A model generated the notes under the pieces. That model was not told the DNA's origin, ran no database searches, and worked only from the letters and a program-made list of their open reading frames with translations. Made by a program: the position numbers and the translations under genes. This document shows positions 45,534 to 53,930 of a stretch of 59,025 nucleotides of DNA, piece by piece. Every line of letters begins with the position of its first letter. Positions within the stretch are counted from its first letter, which is position 1. This DNA is from an uncultured Gammaproteobacteria bacterium (lineage in GTDB: Bacteria > Patescibacteriota > Microgenomatia > Daviesbacterales > UBA10151). The stretch is from assembly GCA_964446685.1 (NCBI GenBank), contig CAYUPO010000002.1, positions 3,606 through 62,630 of the forward strand, written 5' to 3'.

Positions 45534-47795
45534 TTATCTGCGGAATCCACCACGTGAGCCGCCACCACTTCGTCCGCCCCGTGAATCGCCGCCAAAATCT
45601 CGTCTCATACCACCGCCACTACGTCCACCTCTGTCACCACCACGATCTCCACCTCTAAAACCTCCTCCACCTCCACTTGGACGTCTTTCAGTTTCAGGTT
45701 TTCTATCATCTCCAAAAAGCATTGACAAACTTACTTTGCCCATATTATCAACTGAGATAACTCGAACTTTAACCTCTTGTCCCATCGACACTACATCTTC
45801 CGGATTTTCAACTCGTTCAGTCGACATCTGAGAAACATGTACCAATCCGTCTTTTCCTGGAAGAATTTCTACAAAAGCGCCAAATGGTTCAATTCGGACT
45901 ACTTTTCCTTCGTATTCTTCTTCAGGCATGATCTTTTTGAACATACTGGTAATCGCTTCCAGAGCTGCTGCAATAGCTTCAGGATCCATTGAGGAAACCA
46001 TCACCATTCCATCATCTTCAATATCGATCTGAGCACCGGTTTTCGCGATAATTCCGTTAATATTTTTTCCGCCTGGACCAATTAACATACCAATCTGGTC
46101 TGGCTGAATATGAGTAATTTCAATTTTTGGTGCATATTTAGAAAGCTCCTGAGCTTTTGGCATTACTTCTTTCATTTTTTCCAAGATAGCTTCCCGAGCC
46201 TGTTTTCCCTGTCTCAAAGCTTCTTTAATAATGTCAAATGTCAGTCCATGCAGTTTAGTATCCATCTGAATACCAGTAACTCCATTTACAGTACCTGCAA
46301 CTTTAAAATCCATCTCTCCGTAAAAATCTTCTGTAGCCTGCATATCAGTAATAACCTGGAATTTTTTATCGTCTTTATGATCAGTGATCAGACCCAAAGC
46401 AATACCAGCCACTGGTTCAATTGGAATACCGGCATTTAACATTGCCAATGTGGATCCACTGATTGCAGCCTGTGAAGTTGAAGCATTTGCTCCCAGGATC
46501 TCAGATACTACCCGGATTGCATAAGGGAACTCTTCTTCAGAAGGAAGAACTCCAACCAAAGAGATCTCACCCAAGTTTCCATGACCAATATCTCGTCTGT
46601 TTGGAGATCCAAGTCTTTTCACTTCACCTGAAGCAAATGGGTTGATACTCATATTGTAATAATGCATAAATCTCTTTTTGCCTTCGCCTTCCATTCCTTC
46701 CAAAGTCTGAGCTTGTGATAAAGGGCCAACAGTGGCAATTGAGAGAGATTGAGATGCACCTCTTTGGAACAATGCTGATCCATGAGCTCTTGGCAAAAGT
46801 CCAACTTCCATCGTAATTTCGCGAATTTCTTCCATCTTCCTTCCATCAACTCTTTTGCCTTTATTTAAAATAGTGTCACTCATGATCTGTTTCGCCACTT
46901 TATCAAATACAGTTGAAATTTGGTTTGAAGTCAGTTGTTCGGAGTATTCTTTGGTAACGTCATCTTTGATCAATGTCGCAGTAGTGTCATGCCAGGTATG
47001 TTCAGTATCAAACAAAGCTTTTTCAATTCTTTCCTGAACATCTTTTTTAACAGTTTCCAATAAAGCTTCATCAACACCGTCAAGATTGGATTTATATGAC
47101 TGTTTTTCTTTACCAGCTTCTTTGGTAAATTCAACTATCAGATCAACGATTGGCTGAGCTGCTTCGTGAGCTTTTTGAATTGCTTCAAATACCACTTCAT
47201 CTTTAGCCTGTTTACCTTTTGCTTCAATCATCGCCACTACTTCTTTGGAAGAGGCCACAACAACTTCAAAATTCAGATCAGGAATAAGTGGCATCTCTGG
47301 ATTTACTACAAATGCGCCTTCTTCTTCTACTCCAACTCTGACTCCAGCCAAAGGACCAGCCCATGGGACTGAAGAGATAGACAAAGCAGCTGATGCAGCA
47401 GTCATAGCCAGCATTACAGGATCATTTATTGAATCAAATGACAAAACAGTGATAATCACCTGAACTTCATTTTCAAAATCTTTAGGGAAAAGTGGTCTGA
47501 TAGACCGATCAATTGCTCTACCGGACAAAATAGATTTTTCAGAAGGTCGTCCTTCTCTTTTGATAAATTTTTGAGGAGTAATTCTACCTGAAGCATAATG
47601 TTTTTCAACATATTCAACGCTTAGTGGGAAATAACCAATTGATTCTTTAAGAGGTTTGGTAGCTACGGTTGCCAAAACAACTGTTTCACCCATAGTAGCC
47701 ATCACAGCAGCATCAGCCTGTAAAGCCAACTTCCCTGTTTGGAGTATTAATTTCTTACCGTTTAAATCTAATTCTTTTGTAATAACTTTTTGCAT
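45534..47795 (-). CDS. pnp: Polyribonucleotide nucleotidyltransferase with RGG-rich tail
   Basis: RAIDRSIRPLF, RRDIGHG, DFKVAG, KH (GPGGKNI) and S1 domains. Confidence 0.95.
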   Translation of the reverse strand: MQKVITKELDLNGKKLILQTGKLALQADAAVMATMGETVVLATVATKPLKESIGYFPLSVEYVEKHYASGRITPQKFIKREGRPSEKSILSGRAIDRSIRPLFPKDFENEVQVIITVLSFDSINDPVMLAMTAASAALSISSVPWAGPLAGVRVGVEEEGAFVVNPEMPLIPDLNFEVVVASSKEVVAMIEAKGKQAKDEVVFEAIQKAHEAAQPIVDLIVEFTKEAGKEKQSYKSNLDGVDEALLETVKKDVQERIEKALFDTEHTWHDTTATLIKDDVTKEYSEQLTSNQISTVFDKVAKQIMSDTILNKGKRVDGRKMEEIREITMEVGLLPRAHGSALFQRGASQSLSIATVGPLSQAQTLEGMEGEGKKRFMHYYNMSINPFASGEVKRLGSPNRRDIGHGNLGEISLVGVLPSEEEFPYAIRVVSEILGANASTSQAAISGSTLAMLNAGIPIEPVAGIALGLITDHKDDKKFQVITDMQATEDFYGEMDFKVAGTVNGVTGIQMDTKLHGLTFDIIKEALRQGKQAREAILEKMKEVMPKAQELSKYAPKIEITHIQPDQIGMLIGPGGKNINGIIAKTGAQIDIEDDGMVMVSSMDPEAIAAALEAITSMFKKIMPEEEYEGKVVRIEPFGAFVEILPGKDGLVHVSQMSTERVENPEDVVSMGQEVKVRVISVDNMGKVSLSMLFGDDRKPETERRPSGGGGGFRGGDRGGDRGGRSGGGMRRDFGGDSRGGRSGGGSRGGFRR

Positions 47796-48018
47796 TTAAA
47801 ATAAATATTCTTCGAGTGAGTCTTCGAAACGAGAAGTACAGTTTATAAATAGCACTTTCGCATAATAATTCAGTAATAAATAGTGTAAAGCAAATAAAAG
47901 CTTAATACTACCTACCAAATACTCACATTTGTAAGCGATGGAGAAACTGTCTAACTGGAGTCAATCTATCCTGATTAACTGCAATTTGCAACTTCCCCTA
48001 TCTGTCTTACTAAAAACC

Positions 48019-48047
48019 ATTATACACACCCATTTCCAATTTTGCAA
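48019..48047 (-). promoter_or_regulatory. pnp promoter with long 5' leader
   Basis: TTGCAA-17 nt-TATAAT on minus strand, ~220 nt before ATG. Confidence 0.65.
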
Positions 48048-48061
48048 CTACAGGATAGTTT

Positions 48062-48685
48062 TTATAGCTTGGCTAAATAAAACTCTGCCTGTTTGCTAGG
48101 TAATCCCATTTGCTCAAATCTATCTAAAATCTCTAAGTCTGTTAACCCGCCAGCTCTCCAGGATGATCCGGCTTCGCTGACAAATTCATTAACTTCATGC
48201 GGAAATACTACCCAGGCATCCGTTTCTGCCCCTGAAAAAGTCGGAGTAAGGGCAGCTGTTTTTGGTTTCCAAAAAAGAGCCGCTGTGTCTACCTGAAGTG
48301 CTTTATATTCCTTTAAAAGTAACTCTTTCGCATATTTATAAGTCTCTCCGCTATCTACCACATCATCAAATAATAAAACTGTTTTTCCACTAACATCCAC
48401 CGATAAAGGTTGAGTTATCTCCGGCTTATCTGACTTGGCATTGATTCCTTTATAAAGCTTAATTCGCAAACTGGCCAGTTCATCCATTCCTAAACCATCA
48501 ACAAAAGCTCTGGCCCAGGTCCATCCCCCTTTAGCCAACGCCACAACAACATCATATTTTTTTTCTGACAAATAAACCTGCTTAATCAGTTCAAAATTGA
48601 GTTCACCCATAGCTTCCCAGCTCGGAGCAATATAAGTATGTGGATCACCAGGAAAAGAAAAAGTTTTAAAACGAAGGGAGGGCAT
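48062..48685 (-). CDS. Type I phosphoribosyltransferase (purine salvage-like)
   Basis: VALAKGG, PRPP loop LLFDDVVDSGETY, WVVFPHE. Confidence 0.85.
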   Translation of the reverse strand: MPSLRFKTFSFPGDPHTYIAPSWEAMGELNFELIKQVYLSEKKYDVVVALAKGGWTWARAFVDGLGMDELASLRIKLYKGINAKSDKPEITQPLSVDVSGKTVLLFDDVVDSGETYKYAKELLLKEYKALQVDTAALFWKPKTAALTPTFSGAETDAWVVFPHEVNEFVSEAGSSWRAGGLTDLEILDRFEQMGLPSKQAEFYLAKL

Positions 48686-48954
48686 TATTTAGATAAACCG
48701 AGTTTAGAAATTACTGACTGATATCTGTCCTGATCTTTTTTGAGCAGGTACTGCAGCAGTCTTCTTCTTTTATTTACCATTGAAAGAAGTCCTCTTCTTG
48801 AGTGGACATCGTGAGTGTGCTGTTTTAAATGATCAGTGAGGTTTTTGATTTGCTCTGTTAAAAGTGCAGCTTGCACTTCAGGAGAACCTGTATCACCTTT
48901 GTGTGTGGCAAATTTTTCTATTATTTGTTCTTTAATTTTTGGATCTAAAGGCAT
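48685..48954 (-). CDS. rpsO: 30S ribosomal protein S15
   Basis: [20 protein letters not shown]. Confidence 0.97.
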   Translation of the reverse strand: MPLDPKIKEQIIEKFATHKGDTGSPEVQAALLTEQIKNLTDHLKQHTHDVHSRRGLLSMVNKRRRLLQYLLKKDQDRYQSVISKLGLSK

Positions 48955-48955
48955 T

Positions 48956-49030
48956 TTGGCATCTTCCTTTCGTTTTACTAATTCTTATCTATCTACTTAA
49001 TGGTTAAACTTCGGTGCCAAGAAGTAAAAC
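48956..49030 (-). promoter_or_regulatory. Candidate structured rpsO leader (S15 autoregulation)
   Basis: Hairpin ACUUC-UUGGCACC-GAAGU whose loop is complementary to UGCCAA next to AUG; alternative stem GUUUUACU/AGUAAAAC. Confidence 0.55.
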
Positions 49031-49079
49031 CTACAATCAACTTTCAAATTCTAACAGACTAAGCACAAAATAGCAACAA

Positions 49080-49502
49080 CTAACCATTAGGTACGGGATT
49101 TACACCTTCAAAAAGCGGTATCACCTTTGCCGGAACTTCATATTTAGGAGCTATTAACCGTAGATAAGGAGCGCTACATGGGTAGCAACATTCGGAAGGA
49201 TTAACACATCCTTTAAATCTACCTGATACCAGATTACTATCTGAACCTACATAATCCATCGTCATAGCATCGACAACATCTCTTAGCGGATGCTTGGAAC
49301 TAGTTACAACTTCATTAAAACCTTTCACAATACTCACAAAACCAGAGAATACTCTCTTTCTTTTTGAGGGACTACGTAGTATGGAATCAGCAGTCAAAAC
49401 AGCAGCTTTTGATAACTCTAAAACTAAATCTAGATTAGTTAGCGGACGCTCATCTTTTTTTACAATATGCAGACGACGAGATTCAACAAACATAGATGTC
49501 AT
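49080..49502 (-). CDS. Hypothetical protein
   Basis: 140-aa ORF directly after the upstream stop; no motif recognised. Confidence 0.45.
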   Translation of the reverse strand: MTSMFVESRRLHIVKKDERPLTNLDLVLELSKAAVLTADSILRSPSKRKRVFSGFVSIVKGFNEVVTSSKHPLRDVVDAMTMDYVGSDSNLVSGRFKGCVNPSECCYPCSAPYLRLIAPKYEVPAKVIPLFEGVNPVPNG

Positions 49503-49503
49503 T

Positions 49504-51216
49504 TTAACCTAAACTTCCGCCTTTAAATATTTTTGGAACTAACCAATCCGGAGTTGGATTGGCTTCTGCTTCATGATTTGATGAAGTAACAGCTTCACCA
49601 GCTGGTCTTTCTTCAGGTGAAGACTGAGGTTTAGAGTCCTGAACTGGTTGGGGCTGAGTCGTCGCTTGATTTTGTACTTCTGACGGCTGATAACTGCTTT
49701 GTCCTGAGCTTGTCGAAGGAACAACTGATGACTGATTCTGCTGACTACTAATAATATTCTGTGTCCGCTGAACTGCTGAATCAACAGTAGTATTTGCCAT
49801 AGTTGGAGTTTCAGGCATTTGCTGAACCTGGAAAACCTGTTTCAGATCATAAGCATCATCCTGCTGTTTAGCCTGCATAATTGTTGATAAAGCTCCGCTC
49901 ACATCAACTGCATCAGCTTCAGCTTTCTCTTCCGTTGTTTTATCTGCTACTGGTGCAGCTACTGGCTGTTGGCTATCTGCTGCAGATTGATCGATCGGGC
50001 CAAAGTTAAAAGTTGGTCCAGTTGCCGGCGCACTAAAAGCTGAATCTTGCAGCGGAGCTGGAGCTACAGAACTTGCTGCTGACTGAGAGCTGACAGCTGA
50101 AGACTGATCAGAAAAAGCACCACCTGAAAATTGTCCTCCTGGATTTAGAAATGGATTGCTGTATAAATCATTTTGTGGTGCAGCTTCTGGTTGTGGAGCA
50201 ATAGGCTGAGCAGACACAGGCTGTGCTACTGGCTGAGGTTGGGCTGTCTCAACAACTGGCAGTTGAGGCTGTGACACTGGCTCTACCTGCGGAGCTGGAG
50301 CTGCCGAAGTTACTGATGACTGGTTAAATTGAATTTGATTAGTCTGCGGCTGAATAACTTCAGGTTCAACTACAGTTTCGGCATTAACGGCTTCTTGTAC
50401 AGATTGAGTTATTTCAGCAACTTCCTGCGCTACTTCAGCTGATTGTCCCCCTTCAGGCAATTTTCCACCAGCCTGCATTGCAGCAGCTACAGCCGCAAAA
50501 GTATTGGCATTTACTTTTTGAGTTAAATTAGCAGTTGCGTTATAAAGTCCGGCAACAATATTTGAGGCAATATCATTATCCATAGCTAAACCAAGATTTG
50601 GAATTAAAGAAACCATCATTTCAGCAATCGATGAAGACTGGGAGTCAACCACATTTACATTACCAAACTGACTATTTGAAGAATCTGTATCGATATTTAC
50701 TACCGTCGCTTTACTAAAAGCCGAGGCATTTTTCATATAAATTGCACCTAAGTTGTCCAAAGCTGCAGCACCAACAACAAAAACAATATCAAAGCCACTA
50801 GTTTCATGAGCATAATCTACTTTTGTCGGTTCAAATCTCTGACCAGGAACAACATGAAAGACTAGATTTAAAGCTGATCCTTCCGGATACCAATCAAGTT
50901 TTTCCAAAGAAGGCACAGTATTCATCTGTCCTGAAGAATCCACTACCCCATCAAGTTTAATAATGAAGTTACCTTCACCAGAAGTTGGAACAGCTGACTT
51001 AATATCTCCTATTCCATACAAATTTGAATGTGACACTAAAGGAGTTCCTTCACTAACCACAAACACGTTTTTACCCACTTTTTGCAAAGCTAAGGCCAAA
51101 GCCAGCGAAGAAGCTAAAGAATCAACCGAAAAATCACCAGGCAAAGCTACCAAAATACGCTTACTTGAAGCAAGTTTTGAAGGAAAATCACCAAGTTGGG
51201 TTAAATAATCAGCCAT
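49504..51216 (-). CDS. DHH/NrnA-like domain with degenerate catalytic motifs + long Gln/Pro/Ala/Ser-rich tail
   Basis: RILVALP..SVDSLASSLAL, DIVFVVG, NIDTD (instead of IDHH), IVAGLYNAT; position matches nrnA in the infB-rpsO region. Confidence 0.65.
   Translation of the reverse strand: MADYLTQLGDFPSKLASSKRILVALPGDFSVDSLASSLALALALQKVGKNVFVVSEGTPLVSHSNLYGIGDIKSAVPTSGEGNFIIKLDGVVDSSGQMNTVPSLEKLDWYPEGSALNLVFHVVPGQRFEPTKVDYAHETSGFDIVFVVGAAALDNLGAIYMKNASAFSKATVVNIDTDSSNSQFGNVNVVDSQSSSIAEMMVSLIPNLGLAMDNDIASNIVAGLYNATANLTQKVNANTFAAVAAAMQAGGKLPEGGQSAEVAQEVAEITQSVQEAVNAETVVEPEVIQPQTNQIQFNQSSVTSAAPAPQVEPVSQPQLPVVETAQPQPVAQPVSAQPIAPQPEAAPQNDLYSNPFLNPGGQFSGGAFSDQSSAVSSQSAASSVAPAPLQDSAFSAPATGPTFNFGPIDQSAADSQQPVAAPVADKTTEEKAEADAVDVSGALSTIMQAKQQDDAYDLKQVFQVQQMPETPTMANTTVDSAVQRTQNIISSQQNQSSVVPSTSSGQSSYQPSEVQNQATTQPQPVQDSKPQSSPEERPAGEAVTSSNHEAEANPTPDWLVPKIFKGGSLG
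49700..49720. repeat. Intragenic palindromic repeat read as PSTSSGQ
   Basis: TGTCCTGAGCTTGTCGAAGGA; its core CTGAGCTTGTCGAAG is identical to intergenic 44823-44837. Confidence 0.75.
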
Positions 51217-51343
51217 GAGTGTATAGTATACCACTTCCGTGCCCAGAAAACAACTTATAGTAATGCTATACAAGGTTACTTATTTATCAACCTCAGTTTA
51301 GATTAAGCTTTTAAATTAAAATAAATTTTCACAAACTATAATT

Positions 51344-52192
51344 TTAAATTTCTACCCCACTTGCTCGAAGTACATTTATTTGATCTTGACCTTTTTTCCG
51401 CAAATCAACAGGCAGTAATTGCTGCATAATTCTATTTCTAGTATCATTTAGTAACCATGAATTTAGTTTATCTACAGCTGCAGTATCATGTACACTCACT
51501 GAAAAAGAACCAACCTTAAATACTTGAGTACCATGATCAGGAGTACCTAATTTATCCACATAAGAACTACCAATAATGAATGGTGCATACTTACGTATGT
51601 ATGCTTCCCCATCCACTCCGGTCATTCTCTGCACCTGTAAAATTTTATAAGAAGGAGGGAAAAAACCCAAATTAACAGAAAGATGGGTTTCACCAATTCC
51701 CACATAATATTTGTCACCGAAATCAGAATCTCTACTATAAATAGGGACCTTAAACTTATCACTCAAACAATAACCAGTAAGTAAATCACGATCTTTCAAT
51801 TCATCTATTCCAATACTACCCACTTTTACATCACTTTGTTGAGAATAATATGGACTAACCTCTCCTTTTAACCATGATTTTTTACGTATTTCCCTTAATT
51901 TGGAACGAATACCAAACTGATCTAATATTGTTTCCGCCTGAAAACCTAATCTGTCTTGCTCAGCCGCATAAGCTGATTTTAATTCTTCCACCAGTCTCAT
52001 CTCCTGCTGAAGCCTTTTTTGACTGTCCTGTTGAGCCTGCCTTTGATTAAAATCTCTATCGAGGATTGCACCCTCAACAACTTGATCTAAACTTCTTGAA
52101 AATCCAGAATTTTGCCCAAAGCCACTTCGTACTAATTTACGAATCACATGAATTATACCTCTATCTTTACCCGGATTTTGATCAGCAGACAT
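51344..52192 (-). CDS. Hypothetical protein (AT-rich, own leaderless-type promoter)
   Basis: 282-aa ORF; TATACT 6 nt before ATG. Confidence 0.7.
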   Translation of the reverse strand: MSADQNPGKDRGIIHVIRKLVRSGFGQNSGFSRSLDQVVEGAILDRDFNQRQAQQDSQKRLQQEMRLVEELKSAYAAEQDRLGFQAETILDQFGIRSKLREIRKKSWLKGEVSPYYSQQSDVKVGSIGIDELKDRDLLTGYCLSDKFKVPIYSRDSDFGDKYYVGIGETHLSVNLGFFPPSYKILQVQRMTGVDGEAYIRKYAPFIIGSSYVDKLGTPDHGTQVFKVGSFSVSVHDTAAVDKLNSWLLNDTRNRIMQQLLPVDLRKKGQDQINVLRASGVEI

Positions 52193-52227
52193 AAATGAAG
52201 TATAATTTTTAATTTTTTTTTGTCAAA

Positions 52228-53682
52228 TTATAATTTTCTGAAGCTTTGGATGAGATCGCCCACTCTAAAATCGATCTCTGAATCAAACATAATTCCACAT
52301 TCATCACTTTTTTCAACCCGGTTAACCTCATTTTTAACTTTTTTCAGGGATTTGATCTTACCTTCTCCAATAATCTCTTCTCCACGGACTACTTTTACTT
52401 TCGGCCCTTTTGAAATAGTACCATCTAATACTTTACAACCGGCAATCCGGACACTTTTTCCAAATGGAAATTCAGCAATTATCTGAGCTGTTCCAAAGAT
52501 CTCTTCCAAAGCACCTACTTTTAACATCCCCTCAACCACATCTTCCAGCTCTTCAATTAGTTCATAAATAATGTTGTAAGTTCTGACTAAAACTCCTTCA
52601 TTTTCGGCAATTTTAGTAGCAGTTGCACCCACTTTAACTCCAAATCCGATCACAATCGCACCGGTTGAGGCAGCTAAATTAATATCTTTGTCCGAAATAT
52701 CTCCAGTTGCTTTATCGATAACTTTGACAACTTCCCGCTCATCATTAAATCCATCCAAAGCGCCTTCAATAGCCTCAAGTGACCCCTGTTTATCAGCTTT
52801 TACAACTACATTTAACACCGCTTCATCTTTGGATTTGAGCTTAGCCAAAAGAGACTGGATCTGTTCCTGTTTACTTTCTGAAACAACTGATTCATCACCT
52901 AAAATACCACCAACCGGCGGAACGACTTCCAGCCCCAGTAATTCCACTGGCGTTGAAGGAGCCGCACTATCAAGCTGTTTTCCGGTAAAGTCTACCAGAG
53001 TCCGGATCTTACTTGGCAAACCGGCAATTTTAATCTGATCATTTTTCTTAAGTGTTCCGTTTCGGATGATAACGGTGGCAATCGGACCTTTAAATTTATC
53101 AATATTAGCCTCAATTACCACACCCTGAGCTGGCAAAGACGGATCTCCTTTAAATTCATTTACTTCCGCAACCAGCTGAATAATCTCCAGTAATTTATCC
53201 ACTCCTTCACCTGTTTTTGCACTAAGCTGGACAATAGGCACATCTCCGCCATACTCCTCAATCAAAACTTCATGATCTGACAGCTGTTTTTTCAGTTTCT
53301 CCATCTGAGCTATTTTATTAATGCCCTGAATATCGATTTTATTTACAGCCACCACCATCGCCACTTTGGCTCGTTTAATATGCTTAATAGCTTCCAGGGT
53401 CTGTGGCATCAACCCATCATCAATTGCGACTACCAAAACAGCGATATCCGCTACCTGAGCTCCTCTGGAACGCATTTTTTCAAACGCTGCATGTCCGGGA
53501 GTATCTATAAAAGTGATCAATTTCCCTTCATGAGTCACCTGATAAGCACCAATAGCCTGAGTAATACCACCATGCTCTTTTGCCGCAACCGAAGCCTTCC
53601 GGATATAATCCAGCAAAGTCGTCTTTCCATGATCAACATGGCCTAAAATAGTTACAATCGGTGGTCTTGATGTTTCTGCCAT
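52228..53682 (-). CDS. infB: Translation initiation factor IF-2, short form
   Basis: RPPIVTILGHVDHGKT, GGITQ, DTPGHAAF, NKID. Confidence 0.97.
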   Translation of the reverse strand: MAETSRPPIVTILGHVDHGKTTLLDYIRKASVAAKEHGGITQAIGAYQVTHEGKLITFIDTPGHAAFEKMRSRGAQVADIAVLVVAIDDGLMPQTLEAIKHIKRAKVAMVVAVNKIDIQGINKIAQMEKLKKQLSDHEVLIEEYGGDVPIVQLSAKTGEGVDKLLEIIQLVAEVNEFKGDPSLPAQGVVIEANIDKFKGPIATVIIRNGTLKKNDQIKIAGLPSKIRTLVDFTGKQLDSAAPSTPVELLGLEVVPPVGGILGDESVVSESKQEQIQSLLAKLKSKDEAVLNVVVKADKQGSLEAIEGALDGFNDEREVVKVIDKATGDISDKDINLAASTGAIVIGFGVKVGATATKIAENEGVLVRTYNIIYELIEELEDVVEGMLKVGALEEIFGTAQIIAEFPFGKSVRIAGCKVLDGTISKGPKVKVVRGEEIIGEGKIKSLKKVKNEVNRVEKSDECGIMFDSEIDFRVGDLIQSFRKL

Positions 53683-53696
53683 AAATGTTTCCCCAT

Positions 53697-53835
53697 CGTC
53701 ATTCCCCTGAAAAGGGGAATCTATACCAACAACACTTCATTTAATTTGATTGAAGGTTATTTGGCTTAGTACGTTCCTATCATATAAGCTAAGCTTTATG
53801 CTTCGCATTAGATTCCCACTTTCGTGGGAATGACG
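53697..53835. repeat. CGTC-tagged REP doublet, subfamily B
   Basis: CGTCATTCCCCTGAAAAGGGGAATCT ... AGATTCCCACTTTCGTGGGAATGACG. Confidence 0.88.
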
Positions 53836-53856
53836 TATTTTTACGTCCTAAGTGCT

Positions 53857-53880
53857 AAAAAAAACCGCCATTCCGGCGGT
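53857..53880 (-). terminator. Intrinsic terminator after nusA
   Basis: ACCGCC-ggaat-GGCGGT followed by T-tract on minus strand. Confidence 0.75.
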
Positions 53881-53930
53881 TACTGTAGAGAAAAAATTTT
53901 GAAAATGTTTTTTATTTGGTAAACATAATA

